From Methanomicrobia archaeon JdFR-19 (lineage in GTDB: Archaea > Halobacteriota > Methanosarcinia > DSM-18856 > Methermicoccaceae), in assembly GCA_002010075.1 (NCBI GenBank), contig MTMG01000013.1, forward strand, positions 72,796 to 136,795: a DNA stretch of 64,000 nt, given 5' to 3'. Shown here one piece after another: positions 1 through 11,192 of the stretch. The position numbers were made by a program, and so were the translations under genes. The first letter of the stretch is position 1. Each line of letters begins with the position of its first letter. The notes below the pieces were generated by a model. It worked only from the letters and a program-made list of their open reading frames with translations. It searched no databases and had not been told where the DNA came from.

Positions 1-408
1 CTCACAAATTTCCTTCCAAGTGCGCCATCGTAGTTTGAAAGAGCATTGAACGAGAAACCTGCAACATCGTGTTTCTCACCACCCTGCCATATTGCCTTAC
101 ATCCACTTCTCTCGTACAGTTCCTTGTACTGGACACCAATCCCTCCCGGTGTTGCATCCACCACCACATCTGCTTCTCTGCACATATCCTCAATCGTTCC
201 CGCCACTTCAAGTTCAGCCTCTTCGAATGCTGGTATTCTATCCTCTGGAACATACAATGAAAAACCTCTTTTCGACGCAAGTTTTGCCTCAAAATTTGGC
301 CTGGTCTTTGAGACACCAATTATTTCCATATCATCCTGTAAAGAAACCGCATCTGCAACCCTTTTACCTATCGTTCCATATCCATTTATGGCAACCTTTA
401 CTTTATCC
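1..408 (-). CDS. gap: Glyceraldehyde-3-phosphate dehydrogenase, archaeal type II. Only the N-terminal 136 aa are present; the gene runs off the window start.
   Basis: Minus-strand frame starting ATG at 408 reads MDKVKVAINGYGTIGKRVADAV..., the classic archaeal GAPDH NAD-binding N-terminus. The frame is open to position 1. The track misses it because there is no stop inside the window. Confidence 0.85.
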
Positions 409-608
409 ATATTCTCACCCCATCACATACTTCCTATCACACACTTTTCGTTTGTTATGTCCACCTCAACAATCATCCCCTCAGACACATATTTTGTTCC
501 GAGAACGTCGTACATCTCTATCTTCCCATTCTTTGCTGTTATTTTAACAACTCCTTCTGCTATCTTTTTTCCTTCCTTATACACGTCCAATTCACACATA
601 CTCTCACC

Positions 609-1511
609 TCACTCAAACTCGATGGTTGCCGGAGGCTTTGGTGTGAGGTCGTACACAACACGCGTAACCTCTGGAATCTCGCTTGTAAGTCTTGATTGTA
701 TTTTGAATAGGACATCGTATGGAAGCTCCATCGCCTTCGCAGTCATTCCATCTCTTGACTCGACTGCCCTAATGGCAATTATCCATCCATACACTCTCAC
801 ATCTCCCTTTACACCAGTCCCCTTCCCCAGAAGTGCAGCGTATGTCTGCCATGGTTGATATTTGATAATCTCCTCCTCCACAATCTTGGTAGCCTTTCTA
901 ACAACCTCCACCTTTTCTTTTGTAACCTCACCCAGTATTCTCACAGCAAGTCCGGGTCCCGGGAATGGCATTCTCTCAGATATCTCCTCTGGGAGTCCGA
1001 TAGCTCTCGCAACTTCCCTGACCTCATCTTTGTAAAGCTCTCTCAACGGCTCTATTATCTTTTTGAATTCGTACACATCGGGCAGTCCTCGGACGTTGTG
1101 GTGTGATTTTATTCCTCCGATCGACTCTATGAAGTCAGGGTAAATGGTCCCTTGAATCAGGTATTCCACTTTCTCTTTCCGTGCGACATCCTCCAGTAAT
1201 CTGATGTACGTCTCCCCGAACACCTTCCTCTTCTCCTCAGGGTCTTCGACTCCCTTTAGAGAAGACATAAACCTCTCTTCAGCCTCTATTACAATCACAT
1301 CTGGAAATAACTGTTTTATTCTCTCGGTTTCTCCTTCTCTCATGAGCCCCGTATCGAGATAAACTGGAACGAGAAGCTCACCAATCGCTTTTTTTGCAAG
1401 AACATAACAAACCGAGCTATCCACTCCCCCAGACAAAGCAAGTAACGCCTTTCCATCTATCTGTTTGAGCTCTTTAATCGATTTTTCGATAAACTTATCT
1501 ACGTTTACCAT
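609..1511 (-). CDS. guaA: GMP synthase subunit B (ATP pyrophosphatase subunit)
   Basis: 300 aa with the PP-loop SGGVDSS motif and a GMP synthase C-terminal dimerisation region. It is standalone B-subunit length, as in archaea. Stop is TGA. Confidence 0.9.
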   Translation of the reverse strand: MVNVDKFIEKSIKELKQIDGKALLALSGGVDSSVCYVLAKKAIGELLVPVYLDTGLMREGETERIKQLFPDVIVIEAEERFMSSLKGVEDPEEKRKVFGETYIRLLEDVARKEKVEYLIQGTIYPDFIESIGGIKSHHNVRGLPDVYEFKKIIEPLRELYKDEVREVARAIGLPEEISERMPFPGPGLAVRILGEVTKEKVEVVRKATKIVEEEIIKYQPWQTYAALLGKGTGVKGDVRVYGWIIAIRAVESRDGMTAKAMELPYDVLFKIQSRLTSEIPEVTRVVYDLTPKPPATIEFE

Positions 1512-1588
1512 TGGGATTAATTATCAACCTCTCATTATATAATGCTGATGCAAAGAGTTAAAAATGGTAGGAAGTTGGTGATGATTGT

Positions 1589-2980
1589 ATGGATGTGATA
1601 GTGGTAGGGGCAGGTCCTGCTGGATTATGTGCAGCTTGGGAACTCTCGAATAATGGGTGTAAAGTGTTGGTCGTGGACATGGGAAAGGATGTGATAGAGA
1701 GAAAATGTAAGATGAGTGAGATACCCGAAGGAATGTGCTATCATTGTAGTCCTTGTGATGTGATGTGTGGGGTTGGAGGGGCAGGTACCTTCTCGGATGG
1801 AACACTCAATCTGAGGCCGGATATAGGTGGCAATCTTTCAGATTTTGTTCCCAATTCAGAAGCATGGAAACTCGTTGAAGAGGTCGATAGGATTTTTGTG
1901 ATGTGTGGAGCTCCACCAAAGATAGAGCCATCTGAAGAGGAGGTTGAGGTAATCGAGAGGAGGGCAGCATCTGTCGGTGCAAAATTTCTACCAACCCCCC
2001 AGAGACATATTGGCTCTGATAATGCACCAGAAGTCATATTGAATCTGAAGAAGAGGCTGGAAGAAAAAGGAGTCGAATTTTTGCTGGAAACTGAGGTAAA
2101 GGACATACTGGTGGAGGACGGCGTTTGCAAGGGTGTTGTGCTTGCAGATGGCAGGAAATTGTGCGCAAAGTACGTCATACTTGCACCCGGCAGAATTGGA
2201 GTCTCTTGGGTTGAGGAGCTTGTTGAGAGACACAATATAAAGGCACATCATGGTCCGATAGATGTTGGCATAAGGGTTGAAGTACCCGCAATAGTGATGG
2301 ACCCGATCACAAAGATAAACCGTGATCCGAAGTTCCATATAAGAACCAAAAAATACGATGACTTTGTGAGAACATTCTGTACAAATGAAAGAGGCTTTGT
2401 TGTGAAGGAGGAATATGAGGGATTTGTGGCGACAAACGGACACTCATACAAAGAGAAAAAAAGTGAAAATACAAATTTTGCATTCCTCGTAAGAATCGAA
2501 CTGACTGAGCCTCTTGAAAACACCACAAAGTACGGGAAATCCATAGCAAAGCTTGCCACAACGATTGGTGGTGGAAAACCAGTCCTTCAGAGGATGGGAG
2601 ACCTGAGGAAAGGCAGGCGCTCAACATGGAAGAGACTCGAAATGAACTCAGTCTCACCCACCCTAAAAGATGTGACCCCTGGCGATATATCCATGGCTCT
2701 CCCCCACAGAATTGTTATGGACATCATAGAAGGATTGGAGAAACTGAACGAGATAATGCCAGGTGTCGCATCTGATTCGGTATTGCTTTATGCTCCTGAG
2801 ATAAAGTTCTATGCGAGAGTATTTGAGGTTGATTCCAACATGGAGACAAACATAAAGAACCTCTTTGCTGCTGGTGATGGAGCAGGACTCTCACGAGATA
2901 TCGTGAATGCGTCTGCAACAGGGATACTTGCAGCAAGAGGAATCCTTAGGAGGCTTGGAAAGTATGGAGGTATGGATTAA
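1589..2980 (+). CDS. FAD-dependent oxidoreductase (COG2509-like NAD(FAD)-utilizing dehydrogenase)
   Basis: 463 aa. N-terminal VIVVGAGPAGLCAA Rossmann dinucleotide motif. Stop is TAA. Confidence 0.7.
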   Translation: MDVIVVGAGPAGLCAAWELSNNGCKVLVVDMGKDVIERKCKMSEIPEGMCYHCSPCDVMCGVGGAGTFSDGTLNLRPDIGGNLSDFVPNSEAWKLVEEVDRIFVMCGAPPKIEPSEEEVEVIERRAASVGAKFLPTPQRHIGSDNAPEVILNLKKRLEEKGVEFLLETEVKDILVEDGVCKGVVLADGRKLCAKYVILAPGRIGVSWVEELVERHNIKAHHGPIDVGIRVEVPAIVMDPITKINRDPKFHIRTKKYDDFVRTFCTNERGFVVKEEYEGFVATNGHSYKEKKSENTNFAFLVRIELTEPLENTTKYGKSIAKLATTIGGGKPVLQRMGDLRKGRRSTWKRLEMNSVSPTLKDVTPGDISMALPHRIVMDIIEGLEKLNEIMPGVASDSVLLYAPEIKFYARVFEVDSNMETNIKNLFAAGDGAGLSRDIVNASATGILAARGILRRLGKYGGMD

Positions 2981-4079
2981 AGCAGATGAGGGAGAATGGG
3001 AAGAAGTAAAACCCATAGTCGTAAAGGCACTTGAGTCTGGTGTTGATTGCATCCTCACAACAGCCGAACATTCTCCGAAGATAAAGGAACTTGGTGCTAT
3101 CAAAACAGCTGTTCATTACCCCGGAGAGGGGGATGTGGTGGTTGTCGGAAAAGGCACATCGTTTGACGGAACAAAGCCAATCGAAGAAAAGGAAGAGGTT
3201 ATAAAGCTGATAAATTCGTTGAAGAAAAAGGAATACGAGGTCGGAGCTTTTGTTGTGATACGGGGAAAGGAGTACGAGATGCTGGCTTCAGAGCTTGGAG
3301 GAATCTGTGATTATGTGATAGTGGTCAGCACAGACTGGAAGATTATACCGCTTGAGAACCTCATAGCAGCACTCCAACCCACCCCCACAAAACTGATAGC
3401 CAGTGTGTCGAGTGCAGAGGAGGCAAAACTCGCTTTTGAGACACTCGAAGTTGGTACGGATGGAGTTTTGCTATCCACAAAAGACCCGAATGTAGTTGTG
3501 GATACGATGAAGGTTGTGGAGAGCTTGAGAGAGGAAAGGGTTGAACTTGTCCCAGCCCGCATCATCAACTTAGAATAGGTTGGGATGGGAGACAGAGTGT
3601 GTATCGATACGTGTGCAATCATGCAAGTTGGAGAGGGAATGCTTATAGGCTCTCAGGCAAACGGTTTCTTTTTGGTTCATTCCGAAAGCGAGGATTCGCC
3701 CTATGTAGCAGCCCGCCCGTTCAGGGTGAATGCAGGTGCAGTTCATGCCTACATAAAGGTAGGGGATAAGACGAAGTATCTTGCAGAACTCAAGAGCGGA
3801 GACGAGGTGATGGTTGTCAGCAAGGATGGAAGGGCAAGGAGAGAGATTGTGGGCAGAGTGAAGATTGAGAGGAGACCTCTCATTCTTGTGGAGGCAGAGG
3901 TTGGCGGGAGAATCATAAAAACCATTCTTCAGAATGCTGAGACAATAAAGCTAGTGTCCAAAGATGGAAATCCGGTCTCGATAGCCAGTCTCAAGGAGGG
4001 TGACGAAGTTCTTGTTCATGTTGAGGAAGTGGGAAGACATTTTGGTATGGAGGTTAAAGAGACTATCATAGAAAGGTGA
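2964..4079 (+). CDS. aroB': 3-dehydroquinate synthase II (archaeal AroB-prime), with an in-frame TAG at 3576..3578
   Basis: Track ORFs 2907..3578 and 3585..4079 are in the same frame and separated only by TAG GTT GGG. The first half ([14 protein letters not shown]...VDCIL) and the second half ([35 protein letters not shown]) are both DHQ synthase II signature regions. The likely start is ATG 2964, with AGGAGG 12 nt upstream. Final stop is TGA. Confidence 0.85.
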
Positions 4080-4909
4080 AGAGCATGATTTTCCCAGAAG
4101 ACCCCAAGTATGTGGGAGTGTGTGACAAAAATGAGAACAGAAGTGGAATGGTGTATAATCTGACCAAGTATCTAGTGGATTTGGCTACCAATACGATATA
4201 CGAGGTGAGCACCGAGGGTTCGGGCATCATGAGAAATATTGTAGGTCTCAAAGTCATAGCGGTAGCTGATGAGATATTCGAGTACGAACAGCCTGTTGAC
4301 ATCCATAACCGTTCGGAGTTGATAGAGTTATCGAGTATGCTGTGTGGAGGGGATATAACAACTGTCCTCTTCAGAGGATTCGATGAACACATAACGTTTG
4401 TACATAAACCAGACCCTTCTGTTCTCACTGAGATAGAGATATGGGATGTTGTTCCACCTTATCCATCCATACTCGTGCATATGATTGGAAAGCTGAAAGA
4501 AGCCGGCGCCTTCAACGAGTTTCTTGTGAGATTTTTACCAAGACTCGTGAACATAGGTGAGATAGAGGGAAAGAACCTCGTGTTCCCCTGTTCGTGCAGT
4601 GGATTACCATCTCCCCATCTTGACAGAGACTCCATCAAAGGTGAGGTGAAAATCATAGGCTGTGAGATATCGAAGGAGGTTGTGGAGGCGATGTACCCAG
4701 ATGTGAAGCACGACCTCGTGAGCATATGCCCGCACAACAGCGATTACATATCCCCGACCAGACCCTTCATAGCAAGGTGCTGTCGAAAGGAAAGGTGTGG
4801 CCCAACCGAGGTAAATGGCGTTCCAGGTTATATTGTGCATTGGGGAGCAAGACAGAACGAGCTGATTCAGGCTGTGCATACACTTTGTAAGGGGACGACA
4901 GATGTTTGA
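4076..4909 (+). CDS. Hypothetical protein, Cys-rich C-terminus
   Basis: 277 aa with no recognisable family. C-terminal CSCSG...C..H...CC..C cluster. Translationally coupled to neighbours by ATGA/TGA overlaps. Confidence 0.5.
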   Translation: MKSMIFPEDPKYVGVCDKNENRSGMVYNLTKYLVDLATNTIYEVSTEGSGIMRNIVGLKVIAVADEIFEYEQPVDIHNRSELIELSSMLCGGDITTVLFRGFDEHITFVHKPDPSVLTEIEIWDVVPPYPSILVHMIGKLKEAGAFNEFLVRFLPRLVNIGEIEGKNLVFPCSCSGLPSPHLDRDSIKGEVKIIGCEISKEVVEAMYPDVKHDLVSICPHNSDYISPTRPFIARCCRKERCGPTEVNGVPGYIVHWGARQNELIQAVHTLCKGTTDV

Positions 4910-6383
4910 AATAAAAATCAAGGATTTTCTTGGGAGAATTGGAGTTCTTGATACACCACACGGAAAAATAGAAACACCCGCACTTTTACCCGTGATAAAT
5001 CCCAACAGACTTTTACTGCCTGTGGACAAGATGAAGGAGATAGGTGCAGAAGCCCTGATCACGAATGCGTACATAATCTACAGAACTCCGCATCTACGGG
5101 AGAGAGCAGTGGATGTTGGCATCCACCGATTACTCGGTTTTGACGCTCCAGTCATGACGGATTCAGGGTCATACCAGCTTTCAGTGTACGGAGATATTGA
5201 GGTCGAGAATGAGGACATAGTGCAGTTTCAGATTGAAATCGGCAGTGATATAATCGTTCCAAAGGACATTCCAACCCCCCCGTTCTCACCCAGAGAGAGG
5301 ACAGAGAAAGAGCTTATGACAACTGTCAGGAATGTGGGCGAGGCGTGGGAAATGCTGGCAGAGCTACCCAATCGCCCTTTACTTGCCTCACCAATCCAAG
5401 GCTCAACGTACCCCGATTTACGTGAGAAATGTGCAAGAATGTTGAGGGGAATGGGAGACATCTTTCCCATAGGCGCTGTCGTTCCTTTGCTCGAGAATTA
5501 CAGATTTAAACAGCTTGCCGAAATAATATTACATTCCAAGATGGGAACCTCCTCATGTACCCCCCTCCATTTGTTTGGTGCAGGGCATCCAATGATCCTC
5601 TCGTTTGCAGTCGCTTTTGGGTGTGATTTGTTTGATTCGGCCGCCTATGCTCTTTTTGCCAAAGAGAACCGTTATCTGTCTCCCCATGGAACTTATGACC
5701 TTTCCAGTATGGAATACCTTCCATGTGCATGTCCGATATGTTCAACCCATACCGCAAAGGAGTTGAGGGAGTCTGATGAGAGGGAGAGACTTCTTGCAGA
5801 GCATAACCTCCACACAGCTTTCAGCGAGATAAGGTTGATAAAGGAGAGTATAAGGGAAGGAACTCTCATCGAACTCGTTCAACAGAGGTGCAGAGCCCAC
5901 CCCAGACTTCTTGACGCCCTGAAAATAGCACTTTCGCACACAGACATAATAGACGAGCTATCTCCTCAGAGAAGGTCATCCCCGTTTTACTCCGGTCCAG
6001 AATCTGCCCTGATGCCAGAGGTGAGGAGACATCAAAAGAGACTTGAGAGACTCGAGGTTGGAAAGAACTGCATAATCTTCACAACTCATCCAAGCTCAAC
6101 ACACCCAGACCTATCGTTGAAAGATTTTGATTCAGTTTTTATTCTCAAAGCTCCGTTTGGCCCATTTCCACCCGAATTAGCTGAAACACTTCCCGTGAAT
6201 ACGGTTCATGTTAGCGGTGATTTGGAAGCAAAGCATAAAGCTTTGGAGGGCGTAGTATATCTGATAAAGAACAATCCAACCACTTCATTCACACTCGTGC
6301 TTGAGAGGGAGTGGCTCGATATTGCTAAACAGAGACTGAATGGGTTGGATAATGTGGAAGTATGGGGGGAGGAGAATGGTTGA
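4902..6383 (+). CDS. tgtA: Archaeosine tRNA-guanine transglycosylase (tRNA-guanine(15) transglycosylase)
   Basis: 493 aa with TGT-family motifs (DSGSYQL, LFGAGHP, CxCxxC zinc site CACPICS). Confidence 0.85.
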   Translation: MFEIKIKDFLGRIGVLDTPHGKIETPALLPVINPNRLLLPVDKMKEIGAEALITNAYIIYRTPHLRERAVDVGIHRLLGFDAPVMTDSGSYQLSVYGDIEVENEDIVQFQIEIGSDIIVPKDIPTPPFSPRERTEKELMTTVRNVGEAWEMLAELPNRPLLASPIQGSTYPDLREKCARMLRGMGDIFPIGAVVPLLENYRFKQLAEIILHSKMGTSSCTPLHLFGAGHPMILSFAVAFGCDLFDSAAYALFAKENRYLSPHGTYDLSSMEYLPCACPICSTHTAKELRESDERERLLAEHNLHTAFSEIRLIKESIREGTLIELVQQRCRAHPRLLDALKIALSHTDIIDELSPQRRSSPFYSGPESALMPEVRRHQKRLERLEVGKNCIIFTTHPSSTHPDLSLKDFDSVFILKAPFGPFPPELAETLPVNTVHVSGDLEAKHKALEGVVYLIKNNPTTSFTLVLEREWLDIAKQRLNGLDNVEVWGEENG

Positions 6384-6696
6384 GAAAGCACCGTGTGAGA
6401 AGATGGCGAAGTTCGTTCTTCCAGCCATAAGAGCTGAAATGGCAAGAACCCTCGTAAAAGAATACAACCTACCTCAGCAGAATGTTGCGAAAGTACTTGG
6501 CGTCACGAATGCTGCAATATCCCAGTATCTGAGTGAGAGGAGGGGAGCAGAAATAGAGCTTCCACAAGATGTTGTGTTGTACATAAAGAAATACGCAAAA
6601 AAATTTTTAAATGGCGACTTTGATGAGGACTATCTCTGTGAAATATGCAGAGTTTTCCAGAAAAGCCTTGAAAAATATGGTGATGATGTATCATGA
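6340..6696 (+). CDS. Small HTH transcriptional regulator (COG2522-like)
   Basis: Predicted HTH at QQNVAKVLGVTNAAISQYL. It overlaps the tgtA 3' end, so the real start is probably the internal ATG near 6376 (MVEKAP). Confidence 0.55.
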   Translation: MGWIMWKYGGRRMVEKAPCEKMAKFVLPAIRAEMARTLVKEYNLPQQNVAKVLGVTNAAISQYLSERRGAEIELPQDVVLYIKKYAKKFLNGDFDEDYLCEICRVFQKSLEKYGDDVS

Positions 6697-8063
6697 GGGT
6701 TATCATTGTCGGCGCTGGAAACGTTGGTTATAATCTGGCACGTGTATTGTCTGAAAAGCTGGATATCGTTCTGATAGAAAAGGATGAGAGAGCGTGCGAA
6801 AATGTGAGAGAACAGCTCGATGTTGCTGTTGTTTGTGGGAATGGTGCAAATGTGAACATTTTGAAAAGCCTGCTCACAGATGATACGAGGCTTTTCATAG
6901 CGGTAACAGACAACGATGAGCTGAATTTGGTGGCATGTATGGCAGCAAAACAGCTAAACGAAAAAGTGAAGACAATCGCAAGGGTGAGCAATCCCGATTA
7001 CATCGACAAACCAATATCCAGTAGAAGATTTCTGGGCGTTGATGTAATGATATCTCCCGAATTATCTCTCGCAGATAAGATTGTGAGAATAGTTGGCTTG
7101 CCTCCCGCAATAGACTATGAAGAGGTATGCATACCATACGGTGGCGATTGTATTCTGTTGAGCATTGTGAAGTTCAGAATAGGGTCATCATTCCCCGCAC
7201 GAACTTTTTTGAGAGAGTTGGACTTCCCGAGGGGCGCAATCCTCATAGCGATAGACAGAAATGGAAAACTGATAACACCCAAGGGAAATGAGATACTGAA
7301 GGAGAACGACAAAGTACTCGTTCTTGGCAAGCCCGAGGTGATGGGGGAGATAGCCGAATTCTTCGGCAGTGAAAAAGAGAGCGGAGATATCTTCATAGTG
7401 GGTGGTGGAATCGTTGGTCTCTACATAGCAAAGCTTCTTGATAAGGAGGTTGGGGGGAGGATAAAGATCGTTGAGAAGAATGCGGAGAGGTGCAGGTTAC
7501 TCTCGGAGGAGGTTCCGAATCACATCATAATAAATGCTGATGCAACCGATTTGAATGTGCTGGAAGATGAAGGGCTGGAGAGGGCAAGTGTCATGATTTC
7601 GGTCACAGACAGCGATGAAAAGAATCTCTTGTGTTCATTAGCCGCAAAACACATAGGTGTGCCAAAGGTTATTTCAAGAGTCTCAAAATATGAGTACAGA
7701 GACATATTTGAGGTTCTTGGTGTCGATGTTCCATTGAGTCTGCACCAGATAATGGTGAATGAGGTTGTGAAGTTTGTCTGGGGGAAGTACATAAAAGCGG
7801 TTTTGAACCTACTTGACAGTACGAAGGAAGTTCTTGAACTTCCTATAACGAGGAATTCGAAGGTGAATGGAAAGAAACTCAAAGAATTGAAACTTCCAGA
7901 GGACACACTCGTTGTCGCAATTCTCAGAAACGGCACGATCGAGATACCGAGAGGGGAAAGCATTCTGCTGGGAGGGGATGCTGTGATAGTTCTTAGCCCA
8001 CTCAAGGATGTCGATAGGGTTGAAAAGCTGTTTGGATGTCCCGCGGGGGAGTTGTGTGAGTAA
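6693..8063 (+). CDS. trkA: Trk potassium uptake NAD-binding subunit TrkA (two RCK domains)
   Basis: 456 aa. Two tandem GxGxxG Rossmann/RCK modules (IIVGAGNVG and FIVGGGIVG). Confidence 0.85.
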   Translation: MRVIIVGAGNVGYNLARVLSEKLDIVLIEKDERACENVREQLDVAVVCGNGANVNILKSLLTDDTRLFIAVTDNDELNLVACMAAKQLNEKVKTIARVSNPDYIDKPISSRRFLGVDVMISPELSLADKIVRIVGLPPAIDYEEVCIPYGGDCILLSIVKFRIGSSFPARTFLRELDFPRGAILIAIDRNGKLITPKGNEILKENDKVLVLGKPEVMGEIAEFFGSEKESGDIFIVGGGIVGLYIAKLLDKEVGGRIKIVEKNAERCRLLSEEVPNHIIINADATDLNVLEDEGLERASVMISVTDSDEKNLLCSLAAKHIGVPKVISRVSKYEYRDIFEVLGVDVPLSLHQIMVNEVVKFVWGKYIKAVLNLLDSTKEVLELPITRNSKVNGKKLKELKLPEDTLVVAILRNGTIEIPRGESILLGGDAVIVLSPLKDVDRVEKLFGCPAGELCE

Positions 8064-9483
8064 AGTAGTTATGGGGATAATGGGTGTTGTACTTGCATAT
8101 TTCTCCATCTCGCTTTTGGTTCCTACCGCCTTCTCAGTGTATTACGGGGAAGACCCCATCCCATTTTTCATACCTTTCGTTGTGTGTGGTCTTGCCTCCA
8201 TCCCACTGGTCAGATATGGTGTTCATGAGAAAATAAGACACAGTGAGGCAATTCTTGTCGTATCGGTTGCATGGATAACATTTTCGTTGCTCTCTGCGGT
8301 TCCATACATTCTCAGTGGGATACCTGTGGTGGACTCCATATTCGAGGCTGCATCTGGCTTGACAACGACAGGAGCTACCATCATGGAGGACATTGAGTCT
8401 CATGCACTGTCTCTCCTTTTATGGAGGAGCATGACTCAGTGGCTGGGTGGTATGGGTATAATTATGTTGTTCATAGCAATTCTTCCAGAGCTTGGAGTCG
8501 GGGGGAGGGAACTGTTCAAAAGGGAGTTTACAGGACCCACGAAAGAATACATAAGACCCAAGATAAGGGAAACAGCAAGGGTTCTCTTCTTTGTTTATTT
8601 CATCTTCACAGCCATAATGGTTGCTTTGTTATATGTGAAGCTATCATTTTATGATGCTCTGACTGTTGCCTTCTCAACTGTGTCAACAGGGGGTTTCTCA
8701 CCCTACACCGAGAGTATCTCCTACTTCAACAGTGTATATGTTGAAACGGTTGTTATGATTTTCATGGTTCTGTGTGGTGTGAGCTTTGCCCTTCACTATC
8801 AGGCGTTGTACGAACATCCAAGAAACTATCTCAAAAGCTCGGAACTCAGGTTTTATCTGGGATTTCTTGTCTTCTCGATACTGGTATCTGTCGCATATCT
8901 CTATATGGATGGCTTTCAAATTTTGGATGCCATCCGATTTGGAGCATTTCAGGTCATCTCCATCACAACCACAACAGGCTTCACCACCTACAATTACGAC
9001 GAATGGGCACCTGTCATAAAGTTGTTGCTGATGTTTGGGATGATATTCGGTGGTTGTGCTGGTTCTACAGGGGGTGGTGTGAAGATGGTGAGGGTGCAGT
9101 TGTTGATGAAGTTTGTGTATCAGAGCCTCTTCAGGCTGATTCATCCGCGGGCGTACAAGCCAATCATGTTCGATGGAAAAGCGGTTAACGAGAGGGTGGT
9201 GGTTTCGATTCTCGGTTTCATATCTCTTTTCATTCTGGTGGTCTTGCTATCCACTTTTGCACTGACTCTGATGGGGATACATGTGGTGGATGCTCTATCT
9301 GCAACAGTTTCCACCCTTACCAATACCGGTCCCGGCTTTGGGATGGTCGGACCAGAGTTCTCTTACGCACCTCTGCCTCCACTGGCAAAATTGATTCTGG
9401 TTTTTGATATGGTGGCTGGAAGACTTGAATTGATGGTACTGCTTGTTCTTTTTGTCCCCGAATTCTGGAGGGAAGTCAGATGA
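8008..9483 (+). CDS. trkH: Trk potassium transporter membrane subunit TrkH
   Basis: Polytopic protein with TrkH selectivity-filter-like TTTG/TGF motifs. Overlaps trkA. The start is more likely the internal Met near 8068. Confidence 0.85.
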   Translation: MSIGLKSCLDVPRGSCVSKVVMGIMGVVLAYFSISLLVPTAFSVYYGEDPIPFFIPFVVCGLASIPLVRYGVHEKIRHSEAILVVSVAWITFSLLSAVPYILSGIPVVDSIFEAASGLTTTGATIMEDIESHALSLLLWRSMTQWLGGMGIIMLFIAILPELGVGGRELFKREFTGPTKEYIRPKIRETARVLFFVYFIFTAIMVALLYVKLSFYDALTVAFSTVSTGGFSPYTESISYFNSVYVETVVMIFMVLCGVSFALHYQALYEHPRNYLKSSELRFYLGFLVFSILVSVAYLYMDGFQILDAIRFGAFQVISITTTTGFTTYNYDEWAPVIKLLLMFGMIFGGCAGSTGGGVKMVRVQLLMKFVYQSLFRLIHPRAYKPIMFDGKAVNERVVVSILGFISLFILVVLLSTFALTLMGIHVVDALSATVSTLTNTGPGFGMVGPEFSYAPLPPLAKLILVFDMVAGRLELMVLLVLFVPEFWREVR

Positions 9484-11192
9484 CGAGGATGGATGAATTA
9501 AGGATGGCAGCACTCGGAGAAATCGAGTGCGATATTGTGATAAGAGGTGGAGAACTGTACTTACCTACATGTGAGTTTGTTAAAGGAGATGTTGCAGTAC
9601 ATAAGGGCATAATAGTTGGGTTGTTTGATGATTATGAGGGAAAGGTAGAAGTGGATGCAGAGGGTATGTGGGTCTCTCCTGGCTTCATTGACGCTCACAT
9701 ACACGTGGAAAGTACATGTCTGACACTGTGCGAGTTCTCGAAGCTTGCAGTTCCGAGGGGAACAACCACAGTCGTATGCGATCCTCACGAAGTTGCAAAT
9801 GTCTCTGGCATCTTCGGTATTTCGGAGCTTATGATGGAGGCAAAAGGCGTCCCCCTTTCAGTCTTCTTCACAATCCCTTCATGCGTCCCTGCGTCCCCTT
9901 TTGAGACGGGCGGAGCAGAACTTGGTTTAAAGGAGATAAAGCAACTGCTGTGTTGCGATGAAGTACTTGCCCTTGGCGAGGTGATGAATTTCCCAAGTCT
10001 TGTCAGTGGAGATAAGAAGCTCATGGACAAAGTCCAGACTGCCCATAAGGTCGATGGACATGCCCCTCTGTTGAGTGGAAAGGAGTTGAGTACTTACATA
10101 TTGCTCGGTCCCAAGTCTGACCATGAATGCACAACATCAGACGAGGCACTCGAAAAACTCAGAAAGGGTATATGGGTGATGGTAAGAGAAGGGAGTTCAG
10201 CGAAGAACTTGCACATTCTAGAGGGCATTCTTGATGAGGGGTTGTCTCTGAGTAGGTGCATGCTTGTATCCGATGACCGAGACCCCAGAGACATGAAAAA
10301 GGGCTATTTTGATGAGATTTTGAAGAGAGTGGTTGAGATGGGGGTTGAGCCTGGCGATGCGTTGTCCATGATAACCACCAATCCAGCAAATTATTTCGGC
10401 ATAGATGGGCATTTGGAGGTTGGTGCGAGGGCAGACATGGTGATACTGTCTGAGGATTTTTGTGTTCATGAGGTTATAAAGGATGGAAAGGTGGTTGCAG
10501 AGAATGGAAAGCTAATAGTAAGTCCAAAGAAATATAGCTTCGATGAGAGTTTAAAGAAGAGCATCAATGTGCCAGTGCTGGATGAGGATATGTTTAAGGT
10601 GAGGGTTGATTTGGATGGTGAGGTATGTGTGAGGGTGATAGGTGTTAGAGAAGGGTCTCTGATAACCGAGAGTCTGAGATACCGGCTTTCTGTGGAGAAT
10701 GGTGAAATCATGGAGGATGTGGATAGGGATGTGCTGAGAATTGCAGTCATAGAAAGACACAAGGGAAGCGGAAGGGTTGCACTCGGCTTCATCCATGGAT
10801 TTGGTTTGCAAAGCGGAGCATTCGGGTCGAGTGTTGCTCACGACTCACATAATATAGTGGTGGTTGGCGTCAATACAAGGGATATGATGAGGGTGGTGGA
10901 TAGGATACATCAGATGCAGGGAGGATGGGTGGTGTGTGATGGCGATGAAGTTGCCTCGTTGAGGCTTGAGATATGCGGTCTTATGACAACATCCCCCTAT
11001 GAGGAGGTTGTGAAAGGTATTGAAAGAATCGAGAATGAGTTGCTGGGGAGGGGGGTTGAAATTTCCTCACCGTTCATGACCCTCTCGTTCGTTTCGTTAT
11101 CTCCGATTCCCCATCTAAAGCTCACCGATAGGGGATTGGTTGAGGATTTCACACCGGTCCCACTTGTCTTAGGAGGTTGTTCTGATGCTTGA
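9480..11192 (+). CDS. ade: Adenine deaminase
   Basis: 570 aa amidohydrolase with the GFIDAHIHVES metal-binding motif and adenine-deaminase length. Confidence 0.85.
   Translation: MTRMDELRMAALGEIECDIVIRGGELYLPTCEFVKGDVAVHKGIIVGLFDDYEGKVEVDAEGMWVSPGFIDAHIHVESTCLTLCEFSKLAVPRGTTTVVCDPHEVANVSGIFGISELMMEAKGVPLSVFFTIPSCVPASPFETGGAELGLKEIKQLLCCDEVLALGEVMNFPSLVSGDKKLMDKVQTAHKVDGHAPLLSGKELSTYILLGPKSDHECTTSDEALEKLRKGIWVMVREGSSAKNLHILEGILDEGLSLSRCMLVSDDRDPRDMKKGYFDEILKRVVEMGVEPGDALSMITTNPANYFGIDGHLEVGARADMVILSEDFCVHEVIKDGKVVAENGKLIVSPKKYSFDESLKKSINVPVLDEDMFKVRVDLDGEVCVRVIGVREGSLITESLRYRLSVENGEIMEDVDRDVLRIAVIERHKGSGRVALGFIHGFGLQSGAFGSSVAHDSHNIVVVGVNTRDMMRVVDRIHQMQGGWVVCDGDEVASLRLEICGLMTTSPYEEVVKGIERIENELLGRGVEISSPFMTLSFVSLSPIPHLKLTDRGLVEDFTPVPLVLGGCSDA

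Noticed and set aside
46-858. Long ORFs antisense to real genes (e.g. 46..858, 1741..2235, 11247..11885, 19489..20061, 43204..43650, 50548..51780)
   Set aside because: They have low-complexity Ser/Thr/Pro-rich translations and lie entirely opposite well-supported genes. These are shadow ORFs typical of the opposite strand.
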